In this document: in pieces, positions 28,600 to 39,051 of the stretch
Numbering within the stretch: position 1 is the stretch's first letter
Layout: each line of letters starts with the position of its first letter
DNA from: Waterburya sp.
GTDB taxonomy: Bacteria > Cyanobacteriota > Cyanobacteriia > Cyanobacteriales > Xenococcaceae
DNA length: 64,000 nt
Direction of reading: 5' to 3'
Assembly (NCBI GenBank): GCA_965217895.1
Contig: CBDCJV010000002.1
Coordinates: forward strand, 2,752,001 to 2,816,000
Position numbers and translations under genes: made by a program
Notes under the pieces: model-generated
Seen by the model: only the letters and a program-made list of their open reading frames with translations
What the model was told of the DNA's origin: nothing
The model's database searches: none

Positions 28600-29580
28600 G
28601 TGTTTAACAAGAAGTTTATCGTTGTTAACTACTATTTATTTGCTGGTTTGAGCCTAAGCGCGATCGCTCTATCATTGGCAGGATACTTAGGCAGATTAAA
28701 TCTCTATTTTGAGTTTGCTTCAGGCTATAAGCTGCAACTTTTGCTCATGGCTTTATGCAGCTTGGTTTATTTCTTGCTAACCCACGACAAACTTTGGATT
28801 GCTGCTAGTTTGTTTTGCGTCTTGCTCAATTTAGCGGAAATCTTACCCTGGTACTTTAATCAACCAAAAATCGTTAACTCTGGTCAATACCAAGCACTAA
28901 AAGTCTTTTCTTATAATGTTTTGTGGTCAAATAAAAACTACGCTCAGGCGATCGCTTCAGTTGATCGAGAACAGCCAGATATAGCGGTTTTTCTAGAAGC
29001 CGTCCCCCACTGGCATCCTCATCTAGCAGCATTAGACTCAAGTTATCCGTACCATATTCGCTCAGAAAAAATGGAAATGGAGGTTTACAGTAAACTGCCA
29101 TTAGCTAATGCTCAACTAAAGCTTTACGGTACTTATCGTGGCTTAATTATTGCCGATATCGAAGTTGGCGATCGCCTGGTGAAGTTTGTTGCCACTCATG
29201 CCTACCCTCAACTATATTATGGTCGTCCAGGCTGGGAGATTCGGAATCAGCATTTAGAAATAGGCATTGGCGAATATGTAAAAACCCTAACGCAGCCAGT
29301 TATCGTGATTGGCGATCTAAATGTTTCGATGTGGTCGCCTTTTTATCACTCTATGATTAAGCTTTCTGGTTTACATAATGCCCGTCAAGGATTTGGAATC
29401 TTACCCACTCATTCGATAGTTGCGCCTCAAATTGCTGCTCTATCTGCACCGATAGACCATTGCTTAGTGAGTGCCGATATTCAGGTTAAAAACTTCAAAT
29501 TAGGACGCGCTATTGGTTCGGATCATCTGCCAATTATAGCTAAACTATTAATTCCGCAATTGCCAGATTCGCCGTTGTGA
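28600..29580 (+). CDS. Membrane-anchored endonuclease/exonuclease/phosphatase (EEP) family protein
   Basis: N-terminal TMs; SYNV, GDLN, PIDH, GSDHLP. Confidence 0.88.
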   Translation: MFNKKFIVVNYYLFAGLSLSAIALSLAGYLGRLNLYFEFASGYKLQLLLMALCSLVYFLLTHDKLWIAASLFCVLLNLAEILPWYFNQPKIVNSGQYQALKVFSYNVLWSNKNYAQAIASVDREQPDIAVFLEAVPHWHPHLAALDSSYPYHIRSEKMEMEVYSKLPLANAQLKLYGTYRGLIIADIEVGDRLVKFVATHAYPQLYYGRPGWEIRNQHLEIGIGEYVKTLTQPVIVIGDLNVSMWSPFYHSMIKLSGLHNARQGFGILPTHSIVAPQIAALSAPIDHCLVSADIQVKNFKLGRAIGSDHLPIIAKLLIPQLPDSPL

Positions 29581-29596
29581 TGATTGTTTTAAAAAC

Positions 29597-30796
29597 CTAC
29601 TTTTGAATAGAAAAATTAGGTATAAGCTCGGCAAAACTAAACTGTTGTTCGAGTTTCAAGGATTTTAAATACCAAAAAACTATTGCCAGTGGCAAAACAT
29701 ATTTACTCCAATAATGCGCTTTCATCATTATCAAGCAGTTAAATAAAACGCATAGAAACATCAGGTTAGGCTGAGAAAAACGCACACAGGCAAGGAAAGA
29801 TAAAATATAAAATAAAGCTAGCTTCAAGATTTCGTAACGAAAAAGATTAAGGATAAGCGAAAACATACCATCGCTAGTTGTTGGAGGAGGAAAAGCGATG
29901 CAGTACAATAACAAGCCTACTGCAATTAGCATGATTTTGCGCCACCGTGGCTTGAAAGTCTTAATTTTAGCTAATGGCTGAAAAAGAATAAACTCTGGAA
30001 TAACTATGAAGACGCTGACAAATGCCAAGAAATAAATAGCTCTATTGGGTTTCAAAAACCAGGTTGTTTTTTGAACAGTCGGAGCTAATTCTTCGATTCC
30101 CGTTGAAGGTGCTAAACCTTGAAATAAATAAAACCAGCCCAAAATAGACAAAGCTGCTATGAAAGGAGCTATCCACCGCCAATGCTCGGACAACTGGAAT
30201 TTTCTACCGCTTTTAATTTCAGGTAAAACAATTATAAACTCATATAAAGCGATCGCCAGAGGAAATGCTAACATATATTGTCGCGACGCGATCGCTAAAA
30301 TGAAAGCTATGGAGCTTAAGAGGTGGCGACTGTGAACATAGGATACGAATCCCAGCAGCACCCAGAAGCAGGCAATTATATCAGTAACCAAGGCTCCGCT
30401 ACACAAAAGATAATACGGACAGGTAAATAGTCCTATTAAACATAAAATAGCTTTTGCTCCTCGATTCCGACTTGGCCAACCGATAATAAAAACCATGACC
30501 AAAGACAGGATTAAATTCAGCAGTCGCCCAGCAAATACGCCCTGATGAAAAAGATATTCCAACACACCAAAAGTTACAAATGGCAGAGGAGTACTTAAGT
30601 CTCGATAATCTTTTAAGTTACTAATTGAGGGAATTAGACTCTTACTAAAAATTAGGCTAGTTTGCCAAAAATGTACCTCATCATTTACTTTTTCGCCCTG
30701 TAGAAAATCAAACCAAAACACTAACGCAGTATAGATAGCGGTAATAAATAGCAAAAACAAAAACTTTTGTTGAGATCGCTTGAGTTGAACATTCAT
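29597..30796 (-). CDS. Polytopic membrane protein, GT-C-like glycosyltransferase
   Basis: DE motif after TM1 (VNDEVHF), RQY motif, about 11 TMs, adjacent to GT2. Confidence 0.6.
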   Translation of the reverse strand: MNVQLKRSQQKFLFLLFITAIYTALVFWFDFLQGEKVNDEVHFWQTSLIFSKSLIPSISNLKDYRDLSTPLPFVTFGVLEYLFHQGVFAGRLLNLILSLVMVFIIGWPSRNRGAKAILCLIGLFTCPYYLLCSGALVTDIIACFWVLLGFVSYVHSRHLLSSIAFILAIASRQYMLAFPLAIALYEFIIVLPEIKSGRKFQLSEHWRWIAPFIAALSILGWFYLFQGLAPSTGIEELAPTVQKTTWFLKPNRAIYFLAFVSVFIVIPEFILFQPLAKIKTFKPRWRKIMLIAVGLLLYCIAFPPPTTSDGMFSLILNLFRYEILKLALFYILSFLACVRFSQPNLMFLCVLFNCLIMMKAHYWSKYVLPLAIVFWYLKSLKLEQQFSFAELIPNFSIQK

Positions 30797-30923
30797 AAGT
30801 ATCTGCTGAAATATATATCCTCTGTATATCAGAGAAAAATCTAAAATTAGATACGGTTAAGCCCAAACTTTCTGCTCTATAAAAGTCAGGTAGGTCACAA
30901 AAGATTTACTTCAGTAGCTCAAA

Positions 30924-31958
30924 TTATAATGAAGCTGAAGATTCGGCGGAAATTGTATTCTTATCAAACAAATTAGTTTTCCAGTACGCTAAAGTACCGA
31001 TAACGAAGGACAATGCTGCATAAAAGTAATACAGCCAATGTAAAGGAATTACCTTAAGCGCAAACCAAAAACCGCGTTTTTGTTCAAAGAACAAGTATAC
31101 GTCCCAGTTAATCAATAAGAGCAACAAAATTAATCCCAGACTAGGGATGATTGCAGCAGCATAGAAAATACTAACTAAGAGACAAAGAAGCAAACTATAG
31201 GTAGCGACTGCACTAACACGACTGTCGGTTTGCAGGTTTAAATCATTAATCCGATTTGATTTGTTGCTGTGTAAGAGCATTGTCCAGGGAATACCTCGAT
31301 CGAATATGTCTGTTTTGATTAAGCCAAATAGCTTCCAGGCTTTGTGATGCTTTACCTGTAATTTCTTAGCCAAATAAATTTTTGCACCAGTTTGTTTTAA
31401 TCGATAACCTAAATCGATATCTTCAATGCTAGGACGGGAGTAACGCTTAATATCAAAGCCACCCAATTTTAAAAAGAGTTCGCGCTTCACAACACCAAAA
31501 CCAGCCCAAAATGTCGAGGCTTCTTCACTACTTTGCTGATGAACGTAATGGTGCATCAAATTTCTATATTGAGCTATAAAATTAGTTGCTGCGGGGGCAT
31601 CATCATAAGAGCCAAATAACGCATCTATTTGTGGTTGTGACCTAAGTTTTTGAGCTAAATCGGCGATCGCATCTTCACAGACTTCACAGTCGGCATCAAT
31701 AAAGCATAGATACTTTCCTTTAGCTACTTCTGCTCCTAAGTTTCTGGCTGCGCCAGGGCCTTCTCTGCCACTTGTTTGTAACACCTTCGCGTTGAATTTT
31801 TCAGCGATCGCCGCCGACTCATCCGTAGAGCCATCATCTACTACTATTAGTTCATAGTCAGTAAATTGCGTTTTAGACATAGCTAATAAGCAGCAAAAAA
31901 AAGGATAGCCACCATTATATACAGGGGTAATAATTGAGATCAAAGGAGATTTATTCAT
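30924..31958 (-). CDS. Family 2 glycosyltransferase with C-terminal TMs
   Basis: ISIITPVYN, VVDDGSTD, ARNLG, FIDADC, EDIDLG; start ATG 31958. Confidence 0.92.
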   Translation of the reverse strand: MNKSPLISIITPVYNGGYPFFCCLLAMSKTQFTDYELIVVDDGSTDESAAIAEKFNAKVLQTSGREGPGAARNLGAEVAKGKYLCFIDADCEVCEDAIADLAQKLRSQPQIDALFGSYDDAPAATNFIAQYRNLMHHYVHQQSSEEASTFWAGFGVVKRELFLKLGGFDIKRYSRPSIEDIDLGYRLKQTGAKIYLAKKLQVKHHKAWKLFGLIKTDIFDRGIPWTMLLHSNKSNRINDLNLQTDSRVSAVATYSLLLCLLVSIFYAAAIIPSLGLILLLLLINWDVYLFFEQKRGFWFALKVIPLHWLYYFYAALSFVIGTLAYWKTNLFDKNTISAESSASL

Positions 31959-32002
31959 AGTGTTTAATTTAGGTTTTAAATAATTTAAGCTAATTTTTAA
32001 TG

Positions 32003-33286
32003 TTATTGCTCGACAAACACCCATAGGGTAGAAGCGATCGCAGCTATTAAGATCAAGCTCCAAACCACAAACAATATGGGAATAAATTTGTTTAGTGAGG
32101 AATTATTTCCTAGCTTATCTTGATACCGAAACGGTAGTAAATCCCAGATGACTTTACGATTTGGTTCGTCTATTTGCCATTTCTGCTCTACTTTTGATAT
32201 TTGAAAGTGGGGTTTAGAGTCAAGCATATAAGAGATGTTATACATTCTTTGGACAAGACGAAACCTAGAGCCAACGCCCAGTTCTTGCTGATTTGCTTCC
32301 AATCCGTAGGGCAGAACTATTGATGTAAACTGAATTAATATCGCCATAACAACTATAATTTTGGCGATCGCGCTCAACAAAATTTTGGCGGGGGCTGTAC
32401 TTTTGGTGATTCTTTTGGTAGCACCTATAATCAAAATGGGGATTAAAGGGATGAGCAACAAATGAATCGAGGTTATACGATACCTTGCCCCCCATTCTCC
32501 TTGTTTTATCCACTCAGAAGTCCAGGAATAGATATACAAGTGCAGCAAAAAACTAACTGATATAGTTACTACATACCATCTAATATATTGAGACAAAGAT
32601 TTCCAGCAGACAAACAATAGAATTAAGCATGGTAGTAATAAGGGATCGTAAATGAAAATACTTTTTTCTGGAGAAAATAGTGGTGCTAACAATCCCTCTG
32701 GTTGGACTTTCGCCAGTAGCTTGAGAAAGGAAAAACCCTTGTTATCTCCTTGGGCGATCGCATTTGGGTCAATTAAACTATTTGCTCTGGCGTACACTTG
32801 CAGATGAAGCGAAGTACTGGTTGCTACCCAGCTACCGTAACGGTAATAGGTTAGTATTCTTTCTAATAAAACGAAAGGAATAAAGCCAGTCATCCACAAA
32901 GCTATCGATCTTAGAGATTGGGATACGGGTTTAAACTTATATTGACGAGCAACGCAGCCGATCATAAACATAAGTACGCCAACAGCGTATAGAATACTAG
33001 TAATTCTAGTTAAAAAAGCTATTCCCAAGGCTATTCCACTCAAGATCGCTAATCTTTTTTGGGCTTTGATGGCGTAAGCTAGAGCAGTTTGGTAGCTAAT
33101 TAAGACAAATAATAGTATTTGATTATTTTGTTGGTGGAAACTTGAGTAGAACAATACGCTAGTTCCAAGAAGCCAAACGATACTAGATAGTCCAGCAATT
33201 TTTTCTGAATAATTTAATAACTTTAAAAATCGAAAATAGGTAAGGTTGACGTTAGGGTACATCATCATAAAAACCGAACAGAGCAT
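32003..33286 (-). CDS. Polytopic membrane protein, GT-C-like, possibly N-terminally truncated
   Basis: LFSPEKSIFIYDP and WGARY motifs; no TM1/DE loop at N-terminus. Confidence 0.55.
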   Translation of the reverse strand: MLCSVFMMMYPNVNLTYFRFLKLLNYSEKIAGLSSIVWLLGTSVLFYSSFHQQNNQILLFVLISYQTALAYAIKAQKRLAILSGIALGIAFLTRITSILYAVGVLMFMIGCVARQYKFKPVSQSLRSIALWMTGFIPFVLLERILTYYRYGSWVATSTSLHLQVYARANSLIDPNAIAQGDNKGFSFLKLLAKVQPEGLLAPLFSPEKSIFIYDPLLLPCLILLFVCWKSLSQYIRWYVVTISVSFLLHLYIYSWTSEWIKQGEWGARYRITSIHLLLIPLIPILIIGATKRITKSTAPAKILLSAIAKIIVVMAILIQFTSIVLPYGLEANQQELGVGSRFRLVQRMYNISYMLDSKPHFQISKVEQKWQIDEPNRKVIWDLLPFRYQDKLGNNSSLNKFIPILFVVWSLILIAAIASTLWVFVEQ

Positions 33287-33899
33287 TTATTTCTATACGA
33301 AACCGAAACTTTATTCGCTTTGTTTTCAATTAAAAAAACAATTTTGATTAAATTACAAATTATCCCATTTAATTAAAATTAATACTGTATAAAAAGTAGC
33401 CAACATAGTAATCTTTTACTTACATCTTCAAACAGAAGAAACAAAAAATTACTTAAGATTTAGTTTTTCCTTAATATTTAAGTTTAATGCGAAAACATGA
33501 AATGAGTAACTTAAAAATACTCAATTTCACATAAACTTTATTTTATGCGGATAAAGCGGCTTCTTCTATAAAAGTTACATAAACTCAAGGCAACATAACT
33601 TACGAATCTATTTTTTGAACCTATAATTTAATTACTGCCAAAGTGTGAAAATACTTAGTTGGATGGTAAGATTAACATCATGATAATATCAAAAACATTA
33701 TTTACAAATGTCAGCAAGTTGGAATAAAGGCAGTTTCAACGTCTAAAAGACATTAATATCCAACGCTTATCAAATTATTTACCAGATCGCCAATCATCAT
33801 ATTTGCCTTAAAGGTTTTCTTGCCAAATTAATGATTGCCACTAAAAACAAGTCAGACATATTCATAATACAGTATAGAAATTATTTGCAGGCAATCATT

Positions 33900-35357
33900 A
33901 TGAATCAAATCCCCACAGTTGTTATTGGTGGTGGTCCTGCTGGTCTAACTGCTGCTTATGAACTAAGTAAGCACGGCAAGAAATCAGTTGTGTTTGAAAA
34001 AGCAGATCGCGTTGGTGGCATATCCCGCACAGAAACCTATAAAGGCTATCGCTTTGACATTGGTGGGCATCGATTTTTTACTAAAGTTGGAGAAGTAGAA
34101 CAGCTTTGGCAAGAAGTTATGGGGGATGAATTTATCAAAGTTCCTCGCCTGTCCAGAATCTATTATAAGAGCAAGTTCTTCAATTACCCTTTAGAACCTT
34201 ACAATGCCTTATCTAATTTAGGTCTAATCAATAGCACCCTAATTATGTGGAGCTATTTTAAAGCCAAAATCAAACCTAATCCCGTAGAGGATAATTTTGA
34301 GCAGTGGGTTTCTAATCGCTTTGGCAAACGCTTATTTAAAACTTTTTTTAAAACTTATACAGAAAAGGTTTGGGGTATACCCTGTACAGAAATTAGAGCA
34401 GATTGGGCAGCACAACGCATTAAAGGCTTGTCCCTTAAAAAAGCCATAACTAACGCCTTGTTTGGCAGTAATGATACTAAAACTTTAATTAAAGAATTTA
34501 ACTATCCCGTATATGGTCCTGGGCAAATGTGGGAGCGTTTTCAAGAAAAGTTAAATAGTAAAGGTTCACCCGTACATCTTAATACTGAGGTGGTTAAAAT
34601 AGAACGGGATGGTTACCGAGTCAATAGCGTTACCATTAAACAAAATGGTTCAACTAGCAAGGTTGTGGGAGAAAACTTTGTTTCTAGTATGCCTGTATCT
34701 TTATTACTAAAAAAACTCAATCCTGCACCTCCAGAAGCAGTGCTAAAAGCTGCTAACAGTCTTAAATATCGAGATTTCCTAATAGTTTCTTTAGTAGTAG
34801 ACAAAGCTGAACTATTTCCTGATAACTGGATTTATATCCATAGTCCAGAATTTAAGGTAGGCAGAATCCAAAACTTCAAAAACTGGAGTAAAGCAATGGT
34901 TCGCGATCAAAGTAAAACCTGTTTAGGAATGGAATACTTTTGTAACGAGGGTGACGAGCTATGGCAAATGTGCAACGAGCAATTAGTGGAATTAGCCAGC
35001 CGTGAAGTTAAAGCTCTAGGTCTAGTAGATCCAGAAGTTAATATTGAAGACGGTACGGTAATACGCCAGTTTAAAGCCTATCCTGTCTATGATGATGAAT
35101 ATCGTCAGAATGTGAAAATCATCCAGGAATACATTCAGAAATTTGAGAACCTACAAACGATAGGTCGCAATGGTATGCACCGTTATAATAACAGCGACCA
35201 TTCAATGTTAACTGGTTTATTAGCAGCGAAAAATATTCTGGGTGAAAAACACGATCTCTGGAATGTTAATGTTGAGCGTTCTTATCACGAAGATTTTACC
35301 AATAGCAAAGAAGCTTACTCTAAGCTGAAAAAAGAAGTTGTTGCTGTATCTAATTAA
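33900..35357 (+). CDS. FAD-dependent oxidoreductase (amine oxidase / UDP-pyranose mutase-like)
   Basis: GGGPAGL, FDIGGHRF, YTEKVWG, WAAQRI, AYPVY, GRNGMHRYNNSDHSM. Confidence 0.85.
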   Translation: MNQIPTVVIGGGPAGLTAAYELSKHGKKSVVFEKADRVGGISRTETYKGYRFDIGGHRFFTKVGEVEQLWQEVMGDEFIKVPRLSRIYYKSKFFNYPLEPYNALSNLGLINSTLIMWSYFKAKIKPNPVEDNFEQWVSNRFGKRLFKTFFKTYTEKVWGIPCTEIRADWAAQRIKGLSLKKAITNALFGSNDTKTLIKEFNYPVYGPGQMWERFQEKLNSKGSPVHLNTEVVKIERDGYRVNSVTIKQNGSTSKVVGENFVSSMPVSLLLKKLNPAPPEAVLKAANSLKYRDFLIVSLVVDKAELFPDNWIYIHSPEFKVGRIQNFKNWSKAMVRDQSKTCLGMEYFCNEGDELWQMCNEQLVELASREVKALGLVDPEVNIEDGTVIRQFKAYPVYDDEYRQNVKIIQEYIQKFENLQTIGRNGMHRYNNSDHSMLTGLLAAKNILGEKHDLWNVNVERSYHEDFTNSKEAYSKLKKEVVAVSN

Positions 35358-35428
35358 CGTTTGATATGAATTAGCTTTGTTAAAAGTTTATTGGTTGTTA
35401 GCTTTAAGCTATTAGCTATTAGCGTTTA

Positions 35429-35556
35429 ATACTAAATCCGATTGGAAAAAGTATCTTAAACATTAAGTTTGTAGTTCGTAGTCTGTGGTTTGTAGTCAGA
35501 ATTATATTACCAACTACCTAAAAGTATAAATAACCTACGCCAACAGGATTTAGTAT
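35429..35556. mobile_element. MITE-like element family D
   Basis: Perfect 11-bp TIR ATACTAAATCC / GGATTTAGTAT; internal heptamer repeats. Confidence 0.65.
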
Positions 35557-35600
35557 AAGAAGTTCTTGTTTGCAAACGGCTAGAGTAAATAATGTTTTAG

Positions 35601-35804
35601 CATTACACATTCAGTAACGCCTTAATTTTTTTGTTATCTAACCGTCAATTAGCGGTAGAAATGGGCAAAGCAGGAAGCGATCGCGCTATTAGTGAATTTA
35701 GCGAAAATACCCGTAATCAAAGGTTTTTGGAAATTTACAACCGCCTAAGAAGCAAATATGTAATTGCCAAGCCAATTATTAATGAATCATTGACCAAAAA
35801 TTAA
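35601..35804 (+). pseudogene. C-terminal fragment of a GT4 glycosyltransferase
   Basis: FSNALIFLLSNRQLAVEMGKAGSDRAISEFS..FLEIYNRL; in-frame stop immediately upstream. Confidence 0.65.
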
Positions 35805-36073
35805 TTCTTATCTTGGATGATTCTAGTCCCTTCAGGCTTTAAGGTGAGTCAGAGCAGCTAGAATAGTAATATCAGTAAAGCAAACACGAGCATTAAAGGC
35901 GCGACGCGCCAACGTCCCAACTGTTATTAATTATTTCTGGTTAATTGCTTTGAGGAACCGTTTGCATCGATAATAAATTGCAGGTAATAATACTTGGTTT
36001 AAACAACGGCGATAAGTTTGATGACTTTTGCTAGCTTGGCGAGATCGCTCTTTTGAGGAGAATAAATTAAATA

Positions 36074-37135
36074 ATGTTGGATACACAATCGGTTTTAGAA
36101 GTATTACGTCCCGTACAAGACCCTGAGCTACAAAAAAGTCTTGTGGAGCTAAACATGATTCGTAATGTGGCGGTAGACGGGGGAAAAGTCAGCTTTACTT
36201 TAGTGTTGACCACTCCCTCTTGTCCTCTACGAGAATTTATTGTCGAAGATTGTCAAACTGCGGTCAAAACGCTTCCAGATGTAGAAACCGTAGACGTTGA
36301 AGTTACCGCAGAAACCCCCCAGCAAAAGTCGCTTCCCGATCGCACTTCTGTCCCAGGTATTAAGAATATTATTGCTATCTCTAGTGGCAAAGGTGGTGTA
36401 GGAAAAAGCTCGGTGGCAGCAAATGTAGCGGTTGCCCTGGCTGCCCAAGGCTCTAAAGTTGGTCTATTAGATGCAGACATCTATGGCCCTAATGCGCCTA
36501 ATATGTTTGGTTTAAGTAAAGCCAAAATCGCCGTTAAACAGGGCAGTAGTGGTGAGATACTCGAACCTGCATTTAATCATGGAGTTAAGCTGGTTTCTAT
36601 GGCGTTTCTGATCGACCCAGATCAGCCCGTAATTTGGCGCGGTCCGATGCTTAACGGTATTATTCGTCAGTTTCTTTATCAGGTAGAGTGGGGCGAACTT
36701 GACTACTTAATTGTGGATATGCCGCCTGGTACAGGAGATGCTCAATTAACCATGGCTCAAGCCGTACCAATGGCAGGAGCAGTAATTGTTACTACTCCTC
36801 AAACTGTATCGTTGATTGATGCCCGTCGTGGTTTGAAAATGTTCCAGCAGCTAGGAGTAAATCTACTGGGAATTGTGGAGAATATGAGCTACTTTATTCC
36901 TCCAGATATGCCTGATAAGAGTTACGATCTGTTTGGTTCAGGGGGTGGCGAAAGAACGGCCAAAGAACTAGATATTCCTTTGCTTGGCTGTGTTCCTTTA
37001 GAAATTGCCTTAAGAGAAGGAGGCGATAACGGAACGCCTATTGTAGTTGCCGATCCAGATTGCGCTTCTGCAAAAGCTCTAGTTGCGATCGCCGAACAAA
37101 TTGCTGCCAAAGTGTCTATTGCTGCTTTTGCCTAA
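36074..37135 (+). CDS. mrp: Mrp/NBP35 (ApbC) Fe-S cluster carrier ATPase
   Basis: DPEL..LTTPSCP, GKGGVGKS, DADIYGP, WRGPM, DMPPGTGD, ENMS. Confidence 0.95.
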   Translation: MLDTQSVLEVLRPVQDPELQKSLVELNMIRNVAVDGGKVSFTLVLTTPSCPLREFIVEDCQTAVKTLPDVETVDVEVTAETPQQKSLPDRTSVPGIKNIIAISSGKGGVGKSSVAANVAVALAAQGSKVGLLDADIYGPNAPNMFGLSKAKIAVKQGSSGEILEPAFNHGVKLVSMAFLIDPDQPVIWRGPMLNGIIRQFLYQVEWGELDYLIVDMPPGTGDAQLTMAQAVPMAGAVIVTTPQTVSLIDARRGLKMFQQLGVNLLGIVENMSYFIPPDMPDKSYDLFGSGGGERTAKELDIPLLGCVPLEIALREGGDNGTPIVVADPDCASAKALVAIAEQIAAKVSIAAFA

Positions 37136-37282
37136 GTTCTCAACTAAGCTTCCAATTGACAAGTAAGAGAAGTTAATAATTCTGTTACTTGTCTTTTCTA
37201 TTGGTGAGTAGATTTAGGTTAACTTTACTCAAGCTCACAATGGTAGTGTGTATTAAGAATAATTTATTTTATATATTAATTT

Positions 37283-37690
37283 ATGTCTCAGCTAGAACGG
37301 CTTATCATGATGGCAGAGGACGAGCTAACAGAATATAGTAGCGATGCTCGAAAAATAGAAAAACTACGACGCAAAATCGGTTTATCTGTACCGCCAGCAG
37401 AGCAAAAAGAAGTCAAAGCAGAATTATTAGAAGAAATGCCTAAAGGCTTTTTGGGTAAGTTGATTGAAGAACAGCGTCAGACTGTAGCCTTACCTTTTTG
37501 GGGAATTGCTGGATTAGGGCTACTATTTGGAATTTCTTTGCGTCAGCCAGTGGATTTTCTCGCTCCTGCTATTTGTATTCCTATTGCTTTTAATATTCAA
37601 AAATGGGGTTGGCAACTACAGGCAAAACGCATTTTGCTTAAAACTTTAGAAGAGATTGAAGAACAAAGCAAACAACCAATTAAAGATTAA
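37283..37690 (+). CDS. Conserved cyanobacterial membrane protein
   Basis: 135 aa, two TMs. Confidence 0.75.
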   Translation: MSQLERLIMMAEDELTEYSSDARKIEKLRRKIGLSVPPAEQKEVKAELLEEMPKGFLGKLIEEQRQTVALPFWGIAGLGLLFGISLRQPVDFLAPAICIPIAFNIQKWGWQLQAKRILLKTLEEIEEQSKQPIKD

Positions 37691-37750
37691 ATAACTCCTA
37701 ACATTACAAATCAAAATTCGTCGGACGCTGATGTTAAGCACTTAAACAGC

Positions 37751-38356
37751 CTACTCACTTTTGATCACTATGTGTTTTTCCCCATCAATGTAAACTAATT
37801 CTTGACGTTGAAAATCTCCTAGAGTTCTGGTCACTGTAACTCTTGTAGTATTAATAGCTTCTGCCAGGTGCTGATGAGTAAAACGCACCTGTAAACGAAC
37901 ACCATCGCTCACGGGTTGCCCAATTTCTTGCTTCATCAATAACAACAAATTTTTTAAGCGATCTTCAACTTTTTTAATGGCGATAATTGCTAATAGCTGC
38001 TGCGACTTGATCAGGCGATCGCTAAATTGAGTCAAAAATTGTCGTCCTAGCTGAGGATATCTGCCGATATCTTGAGCCACATAACGTTTGGCATAAACAT
38101 CTCCCAAGGCAACAGCGCGATAGGAAATAAGTGAATCATCTAAACCACCGAAAACACCATTTGATGTTACCCAGCCGACAACTACTTCGGTGCCATCTAA
38201 CTGAACACGGCTTAACTGCACCACGCCTCGATAAACCTGCCAAATTGCTAAATCTAGAGTAACGATTTCGTCTCCTCTTTCATATCTTTGTAAAGGTAAT
38301 TCCTCAACGCTTTTTCCTAGATATAGTTTAGAGCTTGGCTTGTGACTCAGAAACAT
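37751..38356 (-). CDS. Crp/Fnr family transcriptional regulator
   Basis: THQHLAEAINTTRVTVTRTLG HTH. Confidence 0.9.
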   Translation of the reverse strand: MFLSHKPSSKLYLGKSVEELPLQRYERGDEIVTLDLAIWQVYRGVVQLSRVQLDGTEVVVGWVTSNGVFGGLDDSLISYRAVALGDVYAKRYVAQDIGRYPQLGRQFLTQFSDRLIKSQQLLAIIAIKKVEDRLKNLLLLMKQEIGQPVSDGVRLQVRFTHQHLAEAINTTRVTVTRTLGDFQRQELVYIDGEKHIVIKSE

Positions 38357-38446
38357 AATTTGATGGGTTATTATTACGTGAATATACTAACTTATAACTT
38401 ATTTTTTAATATAAGTTAGAAAAGTAAACAGAGAATGAGGATAGGG

Positions 38447-38977
38447 TTAAGCTTTGGATATGTCTAAAGGCTTTTGATACTTTTTTTTCAAGGAAATTAA
38501 AAACTGCATCCAAGCGATAGCAGGAAGATGGAAAAAAGTAAAAATATCTCCATAAGCTAAATTAACATTTTGATGATGCTGCCAATGTCGTTCTGGAGTA
38601 GTAATAAAACATAATTGACAGCAAAAGGCGATCGCCTTGGGAGTTTGCCAATTGATAATAGAAACGTGTCGCCAAATAACGTGTAATTCACCCAAAATAA
38701 GTCCAATAGCCGTACCAATTGGCGATATTTGCCAACCAAAAGGTATAAAAATAAAGTATGGCAATGCTCCCAAAAAGCCATCGACAATTACCAAGGGATT
38801 TCTGCTCAAAACTGCGTAATGGAAAAAACTACGATTTTTGCCATGATGAACTATGGTGTGAATTTTACCAAAAACGTGTTCTGGTACATGATAAGCAAAA
38901 GTAGATAGGAAATCTCCTATGAGGAGCAATAATCCTGCAACGGCAACAATTTTAATTAATAACAAAGCTAACTCCAT
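38447..38977 (-). CDS. Fatty acid hydroxylase/sterol desaturase family protein
   Basis: His boxes YHVPEH, HTIVHH, HVIWRH, HWQHH. Confidence 0.8.
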   Translation of the reverse strand: MELALLLIKIVAVAGLLLLIGDFLSTFAYHVPEHVFGKIHTIVHHGKNRSFFHYAVLSRNPLVIVDGFLGALPYFIFIPFGWQISPIGTAIGLILGELHVIWRHVSIINWQTPKAIAFCCQLCFITTPERHWQHHQNVNLAYGDIFTFFHLPAIAWMQFLISLKKKYQKPLDISKA

Positions 38978-39051
38978 GAATACAGGAGCTAGCTTAATCT
39001 CTACAAGTTAAGGTTTTTTAAATAATAGCTTAAAGCTCTAGGTACTTAAAG

